Shown here piece after piece: positions 62,415-64,000 of a stretch of DNA of 64,000 nucleotides. Numbering within the stretch: the stretch's first letter is position 1; the number at the start of each line of letters is the position of its first letter. The stretch is from positions 44,949,670 to 45,013,669 of the forward strand of contig NC_068992.1 of the NCBI RefSeq assembly GCF_001194135.2, read 5' to 3'. The position numbers and the translations under genes were made by a program. The notes beneath the pieces are model-generated. The model did not search any database, was not told the DNA's origin, and saw only the letters and a list, made by a program, of their open reading frames with translations. The stretch is from Octopus bimaculoides (lineage: Eukaryota).

Positions 62415-64000
62415 ATTATTATTATTGAGTGAGAGACCAGTGCTATGTATGTATGTATGTATGTATGTATGTATGTATCTATGTATTTATGTATCTATGT
62501 ATATTAAAGAAACAAAAAAAGGGAGAACTGTACGTATGTTTACGGAACCACACAGATGCAAATCAAAATATAATAATGAAGAACGTAAATACAGTTGCGT
62601 TGACAAATGATTGGTAAAGAATAAGTCTTTTTTGGTTCAATCACTGCAACAAAATTGCTTTACGTATCCAACATGTTTTCCAAGTTGATTTATATAACCC
62701 ATTTTGCGTCTTTTCCATTATAACCTATAGACATCGTCATGATTGTCATACGTAGTATATAATTTGAAAGATATAAACGATGTGTCATAGACAACGGCGA
62801 CAATAATCTAATTAAAGGGATACCTTTATTTCACTGGGATGAATGCAGTGAAGTAATAATTGGAATAAATTGATTTTGGAAAAATTCAAAGTAAGGCGAC
62901 AGAAGCGAAAGGGCATTGAAAACATTCGCTCCTGATCGTTAACTAATTTTCAGAAATAATACACCTCAGCATTTACAAGAAAATATATATATACACACAT
63001 TAAGATATAGACCTAGAGATACATTAATATTTGCGTGAGTATATATGTGCATGAGTATATATGCATATATATACACATATACATAGATATAAACGCACAT
63101 AGACATTTGCAAATACACACTAATATATTATATGTATATATAATATATATTATATATATTATATATATAAACCAACACATATGTGTTCATATTGTGTGTG
63201 TATATATGTGTGTATATTAAATATGTATATGTTGAAGCATTCATATATATATATATATANNNNNNNNNNNNNNNNNNNNNNNNNNNNNNNNNNNNNNNNN
63301 NNNNNNNNNNNNNNNNNNNNNNNNNNNNNNNNNNNNNNNNNNNNNNNNNNNNNNNNNNNNNNNNNNNNNNNNNNNNNNNNNNNNNNNNNNNNNNNNNNNN
63401 NNNNNNNNNNNNNNNNNNNNNNNNNNNNNNNNNNNNNNNNNNNNNNNNNNNNNNNNNNNNNNNNNNNNNNNNNNNNNNNNNNNNNNNNNNNNNNNNNNNN
63501 NNNNNNNNNNNNNNNNNNNNNNNNNNNNNNNNNNNNNNNNNNNNNNNNNNNNNNNNNNNNNNNNNNNNNNNNNNNNNNNNNNNNNNNNNNNNNNNNNNNN
63601 NNNNNNNNNNNNNNNNNNNNNNNNNNNNNNNNNNNNNNNNNNNNNNNNNNNNNNNNNNNNNNNNNNNNNNNNNNNNNNNNNNNNNNNNNNNNNNNNNNNT
63701 ATATATATATATATATATATGTTTCAAGTAGTGTCAGCGAGTTAATGTTACATTGCTAGTTATTTTGATTTGACGGCGACGCTGCTCATATTAAAGAGCA
63801 TTTACCTGAAAACAACGAGTTTACTACTTAATGAAGCAATTGGTGAGTATCATATAAATATAACCAAGTAAATAATAACAGTAATCCACTAGCTACCATC
63901 ACCACCATCGAGATCGACATATTTCATATCACGTTGATAACATCGCACTTCCACGTATTGCGTATCCTTTTATTGATCTTTATCCATATACTGAATTAAA

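Noticed and set aside
63831-63848. ATG AAG CAA TTG|gtgagt as first coding exon of a downstream gene
   Set aside because: Only four codons at the window edge; cannot be supported without downstream sequence.

Overview
AT-rich, microsatellite- and SINE-dense eukaryotic DNA from a draft assembly with 11 N-gaps, most flanked by (TA)n. The repeat landscape suggests an octopus or other coleoid cephalopod (inference, not verified by search). One complete protein-coding gene can be reconstructed by hand: a 6-exon, + strand secreted peptidase S1 (trypsin/chymotrypsin fold). CDS = join(49923..49998,52467..52611,56140..56264,57958..58089,59071..59207,60460..60891), 1047 nt, 348 aa; all introns are GT-AG with compatible phases. 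It has a signal peptide, a short RHAHNRK propeptide, an IWNG mature N-terminus and an intact His/Asp/Ser triad. It also has an unusual Glu189 S1 pocket, two extra cysteines and a 92-aa acidic, Tyr/His-rich C-terminal tail. The ORF track captures only the last exon; nearly all other listed ORFs are microsatellite or N-gap artefacts. The first ~49.8 kb contain no recognisable host gene, only tRNA-derived SINE families, decayed LINE (CR1-like, R4/Dong-like) and Tc1/mariner/pogo remnants, and a Helentron-type non-autonomous element. Most notable non-coding observations: (i) a tRNA-headed SINE joined to a Penelope-type minimal hammerhead ribozyme (42139-42409); (ii) a second hammerhead-like family in sense orientation inside protease intron 3; (iii) an 87-nt near-perfect foldback in intron 1; (iv) two inverted copies of a 26-bp palindromic unit downstream of the gene.
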